From: Malacoraja senta
Taxonomy: Eukaryota
DNA length: 64,000 nucleotides
Reading direction: 5' to 3'
NCBI GenBank assembly: GCA_038087875.1
Contig: CM075992.1
Span: forward strand, 808,001-872,000
Shown: positions 25,448 to 38,400 of the stretch, piece by piece
How positions within the stretch are numbered: position 1 is the stretch's first letter
How the letters are laid out: the number at the start of each line of letters is the position of its first letter
Made by a program: the position numbers and the translations under genes
The notes under the pieces: model-generated
What the model was told of the DNA's origin: nothing
The model's input: the letters and a program-made list of their open reading frames with translations, nothing else
Databases searched by the model: none

Positions 25448-25631
25448 AAGGGCCTGTCCCACTTGGGCGTTATTTGCGCGACATCATTTACGCGACACCA
25501 TTTACGCGTCACGACGCCCGACGCGACATCATTTACGCGTGGCATGCACATGGCGTGCATTAAGCGAGCATGGCGCGTGGTGAGACGTGGTGGCGTGCTG
25601 TGGAAATGACGCCCAAGTGGGACAGGCCCTT
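25448..25631. mobile_element. MITE with terminal inverted repeats (Harbinger-like)
   Basis: Perfect 23-bp TIR aagggcctgtcccacttgggcgt at 25448-25470 and 25609-25631; CpG-rich interior. Confidence 0.7.
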
Positions 25632-26454
25632 AAGGCTGGAGCTCTGAAAGTGTTGAAAACCCTCTGCTGTCTTGTAAATACTTCTAAAGAATAACTCTAG
25701 TAGACGTCAAGAGGCCCACCCTCAGCTGGAGGCTACTCCAAAGAAGGAATGTAGAAGGACAGTATTTTTTTTTAAACAACAATGCAAAGATACTAATTAA
25801 AATAATTAGGCTAATCCATTACTTCACAGCAGCATTAAAAGCCAGCTGCATACAGTGGCACAATTCCTGGCAATGTCTGAATAATTTACTCCATCAACCT
25901 TGCCTGAAGAAACTAAGAACCGCAGATGCTCGTTTACAAAAATAAGACACAAAGTGCTGAAGTAATTCAGCACGTCGGGCAGCATCTCGGGAGAACATGG
26001 ATAGATGACATTTTGTGATGGAACATCTGAAGAAGGTTCTTGACCTGAAACGTCACCTACGCATGTTTTCCAGAGATGCTGCCTGACCTGCTGAGTTACT
26101 CCAGCACTTAAGCATCTATTTTTTTAAATTATTCCTGAAGAGTACTTTTACACACATAATTTTCCAACAGTTGGTAGACACAAAATGCTGGAGTAACTCA
26201 GCGGGACAGGCAGCATCTCTGGAGAGAAGGAATGGGTGACGTTTCAGGTCGAGACCCTGAAAAAGACAACCTTACATACTTGGTGATTCATTGGAGCAGT
26301 GTTGATTTGATCACTGGGAAGCGTGAATGCGACAAGGCTTGGGGTATACAGATGGCAAATGCTAGGTGTAATGCCACCCCTGTTACCACAGCATTGGGAT
26401 GGTCACCAAGCAGTGTACCGTGCTCCATGCAGGAGAAGCTGGTTTATAACTTAC

Positions 26455-26499
26455 TTGGGTCCAGCCTGATGGATTGCCTGGCGGGGTACCATTGTGCAT
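26455..26499 (-). CDS. TECR: TECR exon 4 (HAQWYPARQSIRLDPK)
   Basis: 45 nt, AG/GT. Confidence 0.95.
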
Positions 26500-27339
26500 C
26501 TGAAACATAAGGGACAGTTATCATTAATACATATTTCCATTGCAGATGATGAGTTAACGTATCTCCACTGTCTAATAGAGCCCCAGTAAATTCAAACAAT
26601 TGCAAACACAATCCTTATTTCACTCTTTCATCAGCTTCATTGTTGGTTAGGAATCTCAGGCATTCCATTATTTTGGGCAGAAACACAGCATAATTTGAGT
26701 GTCAGCATCTGAAGAAGGGTCTCGATCCGAAACGTCACCCATTGTGGCGTTTCCGGTCGAGACCCTTCTTCAGACCTAGTTCAGCCAAGAATCAACCACC
26801 AATGTGATGCAAACTGGCCGACAATGTTTCGGCTGCTTGTGAGTGCCTAAATAGAACTAGAATTCAGATGAGAGAAAATAAAACAGTCCCGCTGCACTGT
26901 ATCAGGCTGTACTGTCATTTTCCCTGTGTCAGAAACCACTGACCAATATCAAGGGCTCAAATTTCAATCCTCAGCCCATTATAAAATGCAAGGTTGAGCA
27001 GTAGCTTTTTTGAAGTGAGAAGAACCAAGTTAGAGAACCAATTCCTCATTGAGCGGGAGATAGCATCAAAGTACATTAGCACATCAACAATTATGCCACA
27101 TGGCCCTGTGATATCCAGGCCCCCAAGCTCATTGCAATCAGAACTATTAATGGCACAAAATGCTTTTGAGGAGTTTAATAGTCAGCTAAACAGGGTACCA
27201 GCATAATAGGGCTCACAGGACATCAGCTTCCTGTCAGGTTACCTACAGAAGAGCAGCAGCAGGAGAGAAAACAATTACAAAACTAGTTTGCCAACTGGTT
27301 TAACACTTTGCTAATTACCAAACCAGTTGGTTACTTTAG

Positions 27340-27640
27340 GGTGGCACAGTGGTGCAGCGGTAGAGTTGCTGCCTTACAGAGCCAGAGACCCGGGTTCGAT
27401 CCTAACTACGGGTGCTGTCTGTACGGAGTTTGTACGTCCTCCCCGTGACCTGCGTGGGCTCCTTAGCGTGCTCCGGTTTCCTCCCACACTCCAAGGACGT
27501 GCAGGTTTGTAGGTCAATAGGCTTCGGTAAAATTGTAAATTGTCCCTTGTGTGTAGGATATTGCTAGTGTACCGGGTGATCGCTGGTCAGCGTGGAATCG
27601 ATGGGCCGAAGAGCCTGTATCTCTAAAGTCCAAAGTAAAG
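27340..27640 (+). mobile_element. HE1-type SINE ending about 8 bp from the TECR exon 3 donor
   Basis: gtggcacagtggtgcagcggtagag head. Confidence 0.75.
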
Positions 27641-27649
27641 TCCACTCAC

Positions 27650-27702
27650 GGTTCTTGCTGGAACATAACCTTGATCTCTCCGATTGTGGCATTTGGCTCC
27701 AC
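27650..27702 (-). CDS. TECR: TECR exon 3 (VEPNATIGEIKVMF-SKN-H); 53 nt as assembled, 1 nt too long for frame
   Basis: Acceptor ttcaacag, donor gtgagt; matches human VEPHATIAEIKNLFTKTH. Confidence 0.9.
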
Positions 27703-30541
27703 CTGTTGAAAGATTTCAATAGTTAGTGCAAATCGATCACTCAGCTTCCACAGTGATGGGCATTCATGCTAGGGAAATCTACACAAATACCTTTGTAACA
27801 CAAAATGCTGGAACCAAGGACCAATTATTTTGCTATTGCACGCAGCACAGTAGCACCTGCTACAGAGGTGAACAGGACAACATGCTTGGCTGAGGTTTGC
27901 ACATTTAATTTTAAACCTTTCTGGTCAAGGGACTCCGAATCTAAAAGCAGGCAGCATCAATCAATGCACTCTGCACTCCTCCATCTCTGACAACCTCCCC
28001 TCGAGATCAGTTGAACCAACACAAAATATGGATCAAAGCCCTCCGTGAGAAACAGGTCACTGAGAATCCCAAATGATCTCCTGGGATAGAGTGCATGGGT
28101 TGGGAGTGAGGCACTTATGAACCAGATGTCAACGCCAAAAGAATCAAAGGATGAAGGTCTCTTCCCCTGGACTCTTCACTCTTCATCCTGGCATGAATCC
28201 CACGCCAAGTGGATTCACTTTAGAGGCTGGAACTGATGCAGGAACATAGTTGTAAGAAGAGAGGTGAAAAACAATCTCCAGTCCTGCCAGTATTTTCTAC
28301 ACGGCTCCAAGCAAGCGCAAAGCACCCAGCGCCAACAAATGCTGAACTCATGAAATCAGACTAGCGATTTGGGAAAAGCCTTACGTAAAGGGGCAGGTAC
28401 AAGAAAACAACCAAATGCCATTTTTACTTTAGGCAAGTCATAACCAGTCAGCATCCCTCACTCATAACCAAACCAAATAAGCTCATTGTTTACCTCGTCT
28501 TATTCCTAAGATGCCAGAAAGCCAATCTTTTAGAATTACTACATTACGATACGCTTTGGGACTGATGCTGTCATCAGAGATCAGACGCTATGTAAATCTA
28601 GATTGGTTCTTTCCAAGAATTCCACCAACCATTTACCTTCGTCTGAGAAGGTCTCAAGCTGAAATGTCACCTATTCCTTCTCTCCAGAGTTGCTGCCTGA
28701 CGCGCTGAGTTGGTTACTCCAACATTTTGTCTCTACCCTCAGTCAATATAAGCTATAAGCTCCTGAATGGCATATAAACTGGCATATGGATTGAGGTATG
28801 TCCAGAATCAAACAAAAAAGGAGGATGAGAGCTACCACAGGCTAGGAGAGTTTGTAGCATGGGCTAAAGTGATACAGACCAGAAACAGGCCCATCGGCCC
28901 AACACGTCCATGCCAACCAAGATGCCCATCCACGATTGTCCCCATTTGCATACGTTTGACTGATGGGATTTCTATACTGGATGCTGGCATGAACACGATG
29001 GACAAAATGGCCTCATTCTGTGTGTATTAAGTGCACATTCTTTGCGCTTCAGGTTGCTCCTCCTACAGACAGGCAATTAAGCAAAGTTCTGCAGGGACAC
29101 AAGAGGAATGATTACTCCTTCTGAATGACATTGGACTTGCTCCTAACCAGCTTCTAACTCAGTGGAGGTAAAGGCAGGACTGGGAGCCTCGGAGCGTATA
29201 ACTGACTCCACACAACCAAGCCTGTGCTACTAACAGCACCTACCTTCATGGGTGCTCAAAGAGCGTGTGCCAACTACTTCGACAGTGATCATTATCAAGA
29301 GATATTAACAGGGTGGATCTGATAACCTCACAGTATTGCCATTGGTTTATTGTTGACGCGTGTACTGAGATAGAATGAAAAGCATTTGTTTGCATTCGAG
29401 CCAGTCTATACAAGAGTATAACCAAGCCATACACAAACACAGGTATGCAACAGGTAGGACAAAGAGAAAAGTGTCAGCATGCAGATATAGTTTTTCAGCA
29501 TTGACGCGTTCTTTGTTAAGAGAAAAAGCCCAATGTCTGCCACAAGGTAGGTTGGAAGATTGGGACTACACCCATAGTTTAACAATGGTCGGATAACAGA
29601 GGAGAAGATGCCTTTCCTGAATCTGCTTTCAAGCTTTAGAATCTTCTGCCTGATGGGAGAAAAGGGAATAAAATGGCGTGGAAAGGTCCTTGATTATGTT
29701 GGCTGCATTTATGAAGCAGCACAAGTGTAGATCGAGTTGGACCTTCCATGTGAGAAGAAATTAATGAAGTTGAAAATGTTTGCAGATGGACACATGGCAG
29801 TTAATGATACTTCTTAGCACCGCTCAAAACAAGCCTCTTCAGCGCAGGTAACTGGAACTGCTGCAAGTCACAGCAGGCAGGGGTGGAGGGGTAGGATGAT
29901 TTGAGTAGTCTATAGGCAAACTATGAAAGCAAACAAAAGCCACAGGGCAAACCTAGATTCTATCAGGAATCTTGAAGAGATAAGAACAGGAAGGCTTATC
30001 AGCTTGGATTTGCTCTTTGGGATATTTATCAATGAATCCCATATGCATATTTTCCCTGCAACCATCTAAATATTTTCCCCAAGCACGTAGCCAATTGAAG
30101 GTTCCTGCTTGTTTTAACGTGGCTCAGAACTCTGCTTGAACTCTGCCAATCAATACAACTCTGTGTGTGAGGTACACTGCCTCTTCTGCCTGTGCAATCG
30201 TTTATTCTTTCTGCCCGTGCTCTTTATTTATTTATTCCATCATTTCTCCTATAAAACTTCTGCACTTAAACAATGCTGTACAACTAACGTCGCAAACACT
30301 CTGAAAACTTTACTGCGCTAGCTGCAGGTGCTTATACCGAGGCAGCTTGATTGCAAATTGATCACTATTTGAGGAGACTAATAAAAGACCGACATTACAG
30401 GGTGCTGATTTGAGTTAGATTTCCCAATTAAAGTACCGTATCGATGCAAAACGACGGGTGACATATGGGATTGACATGTTTTACCAGAGTGTTGACATGC
30501 ATATTTGTTTGCAGGGAGTTAAAGGAAAGGCACGTGCTTAC

Positions 30542-30592
30542 CTTGTCCAGAAAGCTGAGCTTCTGCTTGGTCCTGGCATCCAAGATCTCCAC
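30542..30592 (-). CDS. TECR: TECR exon 2 (VEILDARTKQKLSFLDK)
   Basis: 51 nt, donor gtaagc, acceptor tgtgttttctttgag. Confidence 0.93.
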
Positions 30593-30715
30593 CTCAAAGA
30601 AAACACAAGCTTTTTTAGATTTCTTATGTGATTTTATGGGGCGAATGCCGAAAAATAAGCCATTAGTCATCAGCAGGTTTGGCTCTGGCAACATCATGTT
30701 CATGTCCTTAGTCAT
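30593..30715 (-). CDS. TECR: Putative alternative first-exon extension of TECR (MTKDMNMMLPEPNLLMTNGLFFGIRPIKSHKKSKKACVFFE)
   Basis: Open frame continuous with exon 2; basic stretch then FFE before VEILD, resembling TECRL-type N-termini. Confidence 0.55.
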
Positions 30716-30853
30716 CGCAGTCTGTTCAACTCTACAAATTTAAACAGCCCAGTATTCTTTTTAAAAGAGTTAACATAGAAATCAGGTCCCTGCTGCAGCC
30801 TGTGTCACGGGGAGCAGAGATGAAACCCAGATATCTGTTGCATCTAGACAAGG

Positions 30854-30933
30854 CAGCTGTAAAACAGAGACCACTCAGAGAAGGTGAAACCTGATAGCCC
30901 TGGAATCTGAGCTCTGACTCCAACTAAATATAA
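30854..30933 (-). promoter_or_regulatory. Candidate muscle-type promoter elements: E-box CAGCTG (30854-30859) and MEF2-like CTAAATATAA (30924-30933)
   Basis: Consensus matches 140-220 bp upstream of the alternative ATG. Confidence 0.35.
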
Positions 30934-32019
30934 TCTAATTAATAAGCATATACCAGAACATCTGGGCAGAGGGCTTGGCAGACCTGAGGAACCTAACTCA
31001 GCGGGTCAGGCAGCATCTCGGGAGAAAAGGAATAGGTGACGTTTCGGGTTGAGACCCTTCTTCAGACGGGTGAGAGACCAGACAATAGCAGATCAGGCAA
31101 TGATTCTTGGTCCTGAATCTGGAATCAACAGCATCAACCTCACACCCCAGCCCGAAAGGGGAAAGAGATAACGCAAAGATAATCCCCGTCAGACACAGCA
31201 ATTCGTGAAGAGTGCAAACCTTTCTAGAATGGGAAAATAATTTCAAGCACAAGGGGACTGATACAGTCAGAGGAACGAACACAATCACAGGTCTCCATGG
31301 GCCGCTGCAATAGATATTCAATGACACTTTATTGTCACATGTGCCTGGGGACAGTGAAGTGCATTGTTCTGGATACAACCTGGTAAACTCATACAGCAGA
31401 CCTCACCTAGACAGTACACAAGGGTCACCACGTTTCTGGCACTGACAATGTTATATAAAGTTCATCGAATAGACTCATCTTATGCTTGGAGCTGCGAACC
31501 AGGCCTGCCGCTACGCGTGGAAGCAGGCGGCCGCCTGCCGGGTCCCCCCTTCTATCTTGGCGATCCCCCCCGCTGGGTCTCCCCTTTGATTCGAACTTGA
31601 TAGAACATTGTACACACCCAGGCCATTCGGTCAATCTCATCTATGCTAGCTGCTTCCTCCCACACTCCGACTGTACTTTATTCTTTAGAGTAGCTAACAC
31701 TTGCCTCACACACACCAAAAATAAAGGATGAAAGCTAGGATTGGCCAAGGCATTGCTTCCCACCTCAAAAAAAAGCTCCCGACAACTTCCAAATTGGATT
31801 GACTAATTTGGGAGAACTTTCCCAGAGTAGCCAAACAATAGCCAGGCAGACTCGTACCTATTGAGCCCAAGTACGAGGTTCCTGCTCCACAATACCTGGG
31901 AATGGCAGCAAAGAGGAACGCAGGAACGAGGACATCGTGGAGACGCTGGGATCTTGAGCAAAAAACAAAGTGCTGGAAAACCCAGGCAGGGTCCCTGCAG
32001 GAATAGGCAATAAACACCT

Positions 32020-32472
32020 GCCTGTTGGGGAGATGGCGCTCGCATAGCGGACAAAAACAGACTGGACAAACTGATCAGGAAGGCCGGCTCAGTGGTCGGG
32101 GCTGAGCAACGAACGGTCCAGCAGGTGGCAGAGGCCAGAACTCTGAAAAAACTGGGTTCTATAATGACCAACCCCACTCACCCACTCCATGCCCTGAAGG
32201 TGATCAAGAGCAGCAGCTTCAGTCAGAGACTGATTGCACCAATGTGCAAAACGGAGAGACATAGGAAGTCCTGTTTACCAGCTGCGATAAGGTTATATAA
32301 TGCGCATAAATAACTGCACTTTTTTTTTAATTAATTGTATTTTAACTTGTATTTTAACTTGTATTTTAACTTGTTAAGTATGGAAGCTATTTGTGGTGTT
32401 ATGTCTGTCTTGAAGCTGTCGTGGCATTGTAATTTCCTGCAAAGGATTATTAAAGGTATAATCTAATCTAAA
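32020..32472 (+). mobile_element. 5'-truncated Rex1/Babar-like LINE 3' end
   Basis: Encodes WGDG..RLDKLIRKAGSVVG..HPLH..TERHRKSCLPAAIRLYN; (atcta)n tail. Confidence 0.7.
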
Positions 32473-35400
32473 TAATCAAGGATGATGTTCCCTGGACTGG
32501 CTTACATTGGCTGAGGGGGACATTGGGGAATCATGCAGGGTAACCTCCTGTCGCCATTGTCATAAGATCATAAGGGATAGGAGCAGAATCAGGCCATTCG
32601 CCCATCAAGTCTACTCCACCATTCAATCATGACTGATCTATCTCTCCCTCCTAACCCCATTCTCCTACCTTCTCCCCATCACCTCTGACACCCGTACTAA
32701 TCAAGAATCAATCTATCTCTGCTTTAAAAATATCCAGACTTGGCCTCCATAGCTTTGTGGCAAAGAATTCCAGATTCACCACCATGACTAAAGATTAGCC
32801 TGATGTTCACTGGAAATTTTTCAGTGGAGGTGGAGTAAAAAGGTGGAAGTAATTAGTCAAATAAGGTATTTTATTAAGGCCAATGTGGCAACTCCACCAA
32901 ATTCTGATGTTTCCGTGGGATCATCTGTATATATTGTTATTGAATGGTAAGTTGACAATCAGTCCAGAATCAAAGGCAGATTTCCTTAGCCTATGATCAC
33001 TAAAGGATGATTGTGGCTTATTCTGAGTGACCCAAGCAAGCATATTGGAAGCTTGGCCATCACACTACGAAGAATAGTCTACCAAGCAAACATGATCAAT
33101 TCCACCAGAACTCCCTCAAGGAACTGCACACAAATTAAAGGCAAAGAAGTCAACCTCCGATTCTCCATTAGCACAAGACCATGGTCTGCCAGGAGGCTCA
33201 GTGTCTGCTCACAGATGGTCACCATTGCCAGCAAGAGACAGGCTCACTGAAAAAGACGGTCAGCAGGGGACATCCGATAACTGTATCCTTGGCCAATCTA
33301 GCTGTAGAACCTTCCAAACTACATTAGCCCTCTAAACTAGAACAGGGCTTGGGCTGGGAAACAGGTCAACACAGTCAATGGGCAATTAGTAACCCATTAG
33401 GCACAGCCCACCCATTATTTATCCTGTGACTAATTATTAATTACTAATCCCTTGCTTGCTGAGTCGGCCAGTTTGAATTACTTGTTCCTGGAGGATGTAG
33501 AAGGCTATTCTTGGCATTGCTGCCTCATTGGTGGATAGATGCTGGCATCAGAACCCACAAGCTGTGTCAGCAATTTGGGACGTACACATTTTCTTTTTAA
33601 AGAAAGCTGCAGGAATTTAAACTGCAGAATCTCCAGTGGTTGGATGATCTACAACCAGAGGAGACAGATTTAAAGAAAAAGAATCAGAGGAGGCGAATCA
33701 TTCTTAATAGTGTCAGGATTCGAGACTCGCTGTCCAAATGGGCAATGGATAGCGATTCAGCAGCGGTCTTCAAGCAGAATCCGAGTAAATATCTGACACG
33801 CGGGGAGGAGGGAGCAGACGTGGTGATAACTGACTCTTTGAAAGTGCTGACATGCATTCAATGGGCCGAATGGTTTCCTTCTAAGGTTGGATGTGCTGTA
33901 CACCACTGGGCTCAAGGGAAAAAGGATTTCCACTGGATATAGGCTGACACCTCACTCCCCAAAATGGCAGGTGATGCAGTCAGGGACGTGTAGAGCCTTG
34001 GTGACAGACGACGTGAATGCAAGCTGGGTCCGTGTTAATGCGCAAATGTTAGCACCTTATTTGCAGCTGTTAAAACCGAAGATACTAGCCTTCTACGATC
34101 TTTGGTTAAAACTGAGCATTGAGCTGCAGAGCTAGGCTTGTGTTGAATCTAACAATAGACCCTACAGGCAGGAACAAATGCAGTGGGCAGTACAGACAAG
34201 ACCGATCGTCACACAACCGTTCTTCAGGGGGAGACCAGAAGGCTGAGGAGTCCTAGACTTGGCACCATAATCACCAAACAGTAAGCTTTCCTCCCACATC
34301 CCAAAGACGTGCGGGTTTGAAAGTTAATTGGCCACTGTAAATTGCCTAGTGTGCAGAGAGTGAATGCAAAAGTGAAATAACATACAACTAGTATGAACGG
34401 GTGATCGATGATCGGTGTGGACGTGGTCGGTCGAAGGGCCTGTTTCCATGCTGTATCTCTAAACCAAACTAATGAGCATAAAGATATTTAGACGGAAAGT
34501 TGCAGACTTTCTTTTGCTGTCAATCTAAGCACACAAACCTCCAGCCCTTAACTCTGTGCCAAATAATTAGTGATGTTCATGGCTGCTGGTTTGTAGGTGC
34601 GGGTGGAGGGATGTGAAGGAGAAGGGAGCATGACCTCAGCCTTCTCGAGTTGTGTCTGGTTATCCACAGCCACTTCCTCTGTCTGAAGAAGGGTCTCGAT
34701 CCGAAACATCACCCATTCCTTCTCTCCAGAGATGCTGCCTGTCCCGCTGAGTTACTCCAGCATTTTGTGTCTACCTCTGATTTAAACCAGCATCTGCAGT
34801 TCTTTCCTACACCTGTATTGTTCATTTGTTGAGTAGTTTATTGTCACGTGTACTGAGGTACAGTGAAAACCTTTTTGTTGCGTGCTACCAGTCAGCAGAA
34901 GGGCAATACATATGGAAACAACATCATCCTTAATCAAGCAATGATTCTTTCCACCATTTCACCTTTCCTCAACAGACAAGATTAAGTTAAATCCCAGGTT
35001 CATGAAGCTATGTCTCAGTAATGGCTGCTATCATACGTGCCCACGACAAGCACTTGTACCTGAGGGTCTTGCTCCAAATTCAGGTCAGTCTAGGTCATTG
35101 CCACTGAGTTGTGTTTGGCACCTTACATTCAGGAGGCATTTAATCCGAACACATCCCCAGGCAGGGAATGTTAGAAGTGGCGCCAATATAGATTTAGAAT
35201 GGGGTGGTAATGTGGTGTTTGCTCTCGATGTAACCAAATTATTATGTTTATTCCCTCTCAGGCAGGAAAAGTCAACGTGTAGAGATAATACAATACTTTA
35301 GGAGACACACTCTAGAGTGTTTATCCCAAGTAGCAGCATGAACCATCATTTCATTCACTGTGGATTGAGGCTATGGTGTCTGCCATCAGCTAAAAGAAAA

Positions 35401-38400
35401 GGATCTGAGAGTAAAATACAAATGTAAGGACATCTTGTCATAATGTTACCAACTTTCTGGAGGAGAATCAACAAAATTTGCTCACAATTTCACCCAGAGT
35501 TGGAATGACATTCACTGGGGAGGTACAGAACAAATATCCAAGATGACATTACAGATTGAGATTCAGAAGTGGAGAAGATCACTGGTCAATGACACAGAAG
35601 TACACAATAAAACAGGAGCATGTAAGCCACCAGGCCTCTTAACCTGCCCTTCGGCCCAACTTGTCCATGCTGACCAACCTGCCCCTTCTACACTAGTCCC
35701 ACCTGCACACGTTTGGCCCATATCCCTCTCAAACTTTCCTATCCATGTACCTGTCCAAATGTCTTAAATATTGATATTGTACCTGCCTCAACTGCCTCCT
35801 CTGGCAGCTCATTCCATGTACCCACCACCCTACGTGTAAAAGTTTCCCCTCTCACCTTAAACCTATAACCTCTACAGCGGGGCCTTTTACGGTTGCTTTA
35901 ATTTTCAAAAATCAAGACTCATTTGTAAAATAGTCAGTTTAACAATGATAACTTTCAGATCCATACAACACCCCCACCCAGTGACATGTTGAAGTATTGC
36001 ACCAAAAATACTGTTGGCATCAAAAGGATTTTATTATAAATTCCTACCAGAAAGTCGACAGTGTGGCATTCTCTCAGTAATCCACTGGAGAATCAGGAAG
36101 GATTATGTACTCAAGTCCCAGGAATGGAGTTTAAACCCCCAGCCTTCTTATTTGGATGTAAGAATGTGAAGCATTTAAGCATTGCTGACATCTGATACCT
36201 CCATAAACAGCTCCAAATCCATTCAAGTTTGAAGAGCGCAAATTTTTCTAACCTATCATAACTCTGTTATCCTGTACTGGATTGGATTTACTGTCCAAAA
36301 TATGGATGTGTTATCCCCCAAACAATCAAATCTGTGTGATTATCCAAAGTATGGCATGACACAGCAGTAAAAGCAAAGCTTAAATACATACAGACAGATA
36401 CACCTCAGAAATGGGCACTCTTCCCCACACAATCCACACTGACCATCAACTACCCATTTATACTAATGCTACATTAATCCCATTTTTAATTTTCCCCATA
36501 TTCCTATGAACACCCCAAGATTCTAGCACTCACCCACAACTTAGTGGCCAAATTCACCGATAAACCCACACTTCTTTGGGGTGTGGGAGGAAACCAAGGA
36601 TCCCTTGGAAAACCAACAGTGTCACAGGGAGAACATGCAAACTCCATACAGACAGCACCAAAGTTCAAAACTGAACCCAGATGACTGGAAGTGTGAGGCC
36701 GCACGTTGCCACCCAATTTAAGTTGATGCCCTAATGTTTGGTTTTCCAATCCTAGCCGCCCCGAGAGGATGTTAAATGAAGCACCCACGGTGATTTTAAT
36801 GCAGTGCCCTACGAGGCCACTCAGAGTGCTGATACGCCAATTACATCAGCATGGTCTAAATTAAAACCCAGACAAATCCAAGAACTGAACATGATAATTT
36901 GATGGCTTTATGGCCTCATTAAGTTATTATCAACATTTTATATAACTCTTACAATGGGACTGTGGACCTTTTTAATGTTTTTGGAATCCTGATACATACA
37001 ACTAAATGAGGCATGCTGCAATCTGGGATATCTGCTGAAAATGTCCAAAGTGCAGTTGATTAAATCCTCAAGTTTCCAAATTGCTGCCTCAACACAAGGA
37101 CTGATGCTTTGTTCTCCTCCCAGTACATTTCAACATGAGTACAGAATCCAAGACCAGTATCCCATTATTAACATGCTTTCTAAATCCCAAGGATGAGCTC
37201 CTCCATTATGTCTCAGGTACACATGAATAGACTAGGTCCCTCAAGCCTGCCCCACCATTCAACATGATCGTGACTGATGTATGCTGATGTACGGTGGCAC
37301 AGCGGTAGAGTCGCTGCCTCACAGCGCTTACAGCACCAGAGACCGGGTTTGATCCTGGCTACAGGTACGGTCTGTACAGTGTTTGTACGTTCTCCCCATG
37401 ACCGCATGGGTTTTCTCCAGGATCTCTGGTTTCCTCCCACACTCCAAAGACGTACAGGTTTGTAGGCTAATTGGCTTGGTATAACTTTTACGCCCTCACC
37501 ATCCCGAAAACGCAATGATCAGAAATGAACAAAACAATCCAGGTGAGGTAACCCCAGTGGTTTAGGTGAATTTCAGCACTGCAGATTTCAAACGATTTAT
37601 GCACAGACACTTACACCAAATGTAAAATGATGCCTGTTAACATGTCTCGTTTCTCCTTACTCTTCCTACCAAGCCTTGCATGTAGCGCTAAATTTTGACA
37701 GCTTTGTGTTAGCCACTTCCCCCGACCCAGTTTGTGACTTGGGCAGAATGCACTGCCTCGCAGATATCTTGTCCATTTAATTTCCTGGACCAGTTTCCAT
37801 GACATTGGCCTTTTATTTGAAAAGACAGGTTTTCTGTCCATCCCCCGAGATCACATCTGCAGGAAGCGCTGGGAATTGTTTGGATGCCTCAGTGTTCATG
37901 ATGTGGGGCGGGCTCGACGAGTTGGTCTTACCCTGGCCATTAGCTTGCCGTGTTAACTTTGCCATTACACGTGTGTCAATTCCTCTTTTCTGGGGTTGCA
38001 TGTTCTCACGTATACTCTACGCTGTCAAAATAACTAATGATCAGAGTCTGAGCTGGTTACCAGTAGTGGTGATGGCTTCCAGCTTTGGTTTCTGTTGTAT
38101 TAATACTAAATCTTTCTCTGGTCCTCGCCAAACTGCTCCTGACATTCCTCAAGTTTCGTCAGAAATGTTCCTTCCAAGAAAACCTCTTGACACTATGAAA
38201 ACTTCCATGTGGTTTAAGTTAGCAAAGGCATTGCCCATTTCTACTGCAATTTAAATTCCACAAGGCCACTCATTAGCTAAACCCACCAATCAAACCAGTA
38301 GAATTAAGGCTGTTTCATGGATCCTTTCCAAGATTTCAATCAGGCCTGTATCAGAATCGGAGTCATTACGCACAGGAGGCCATTCAGCCGATCAAGCCCA

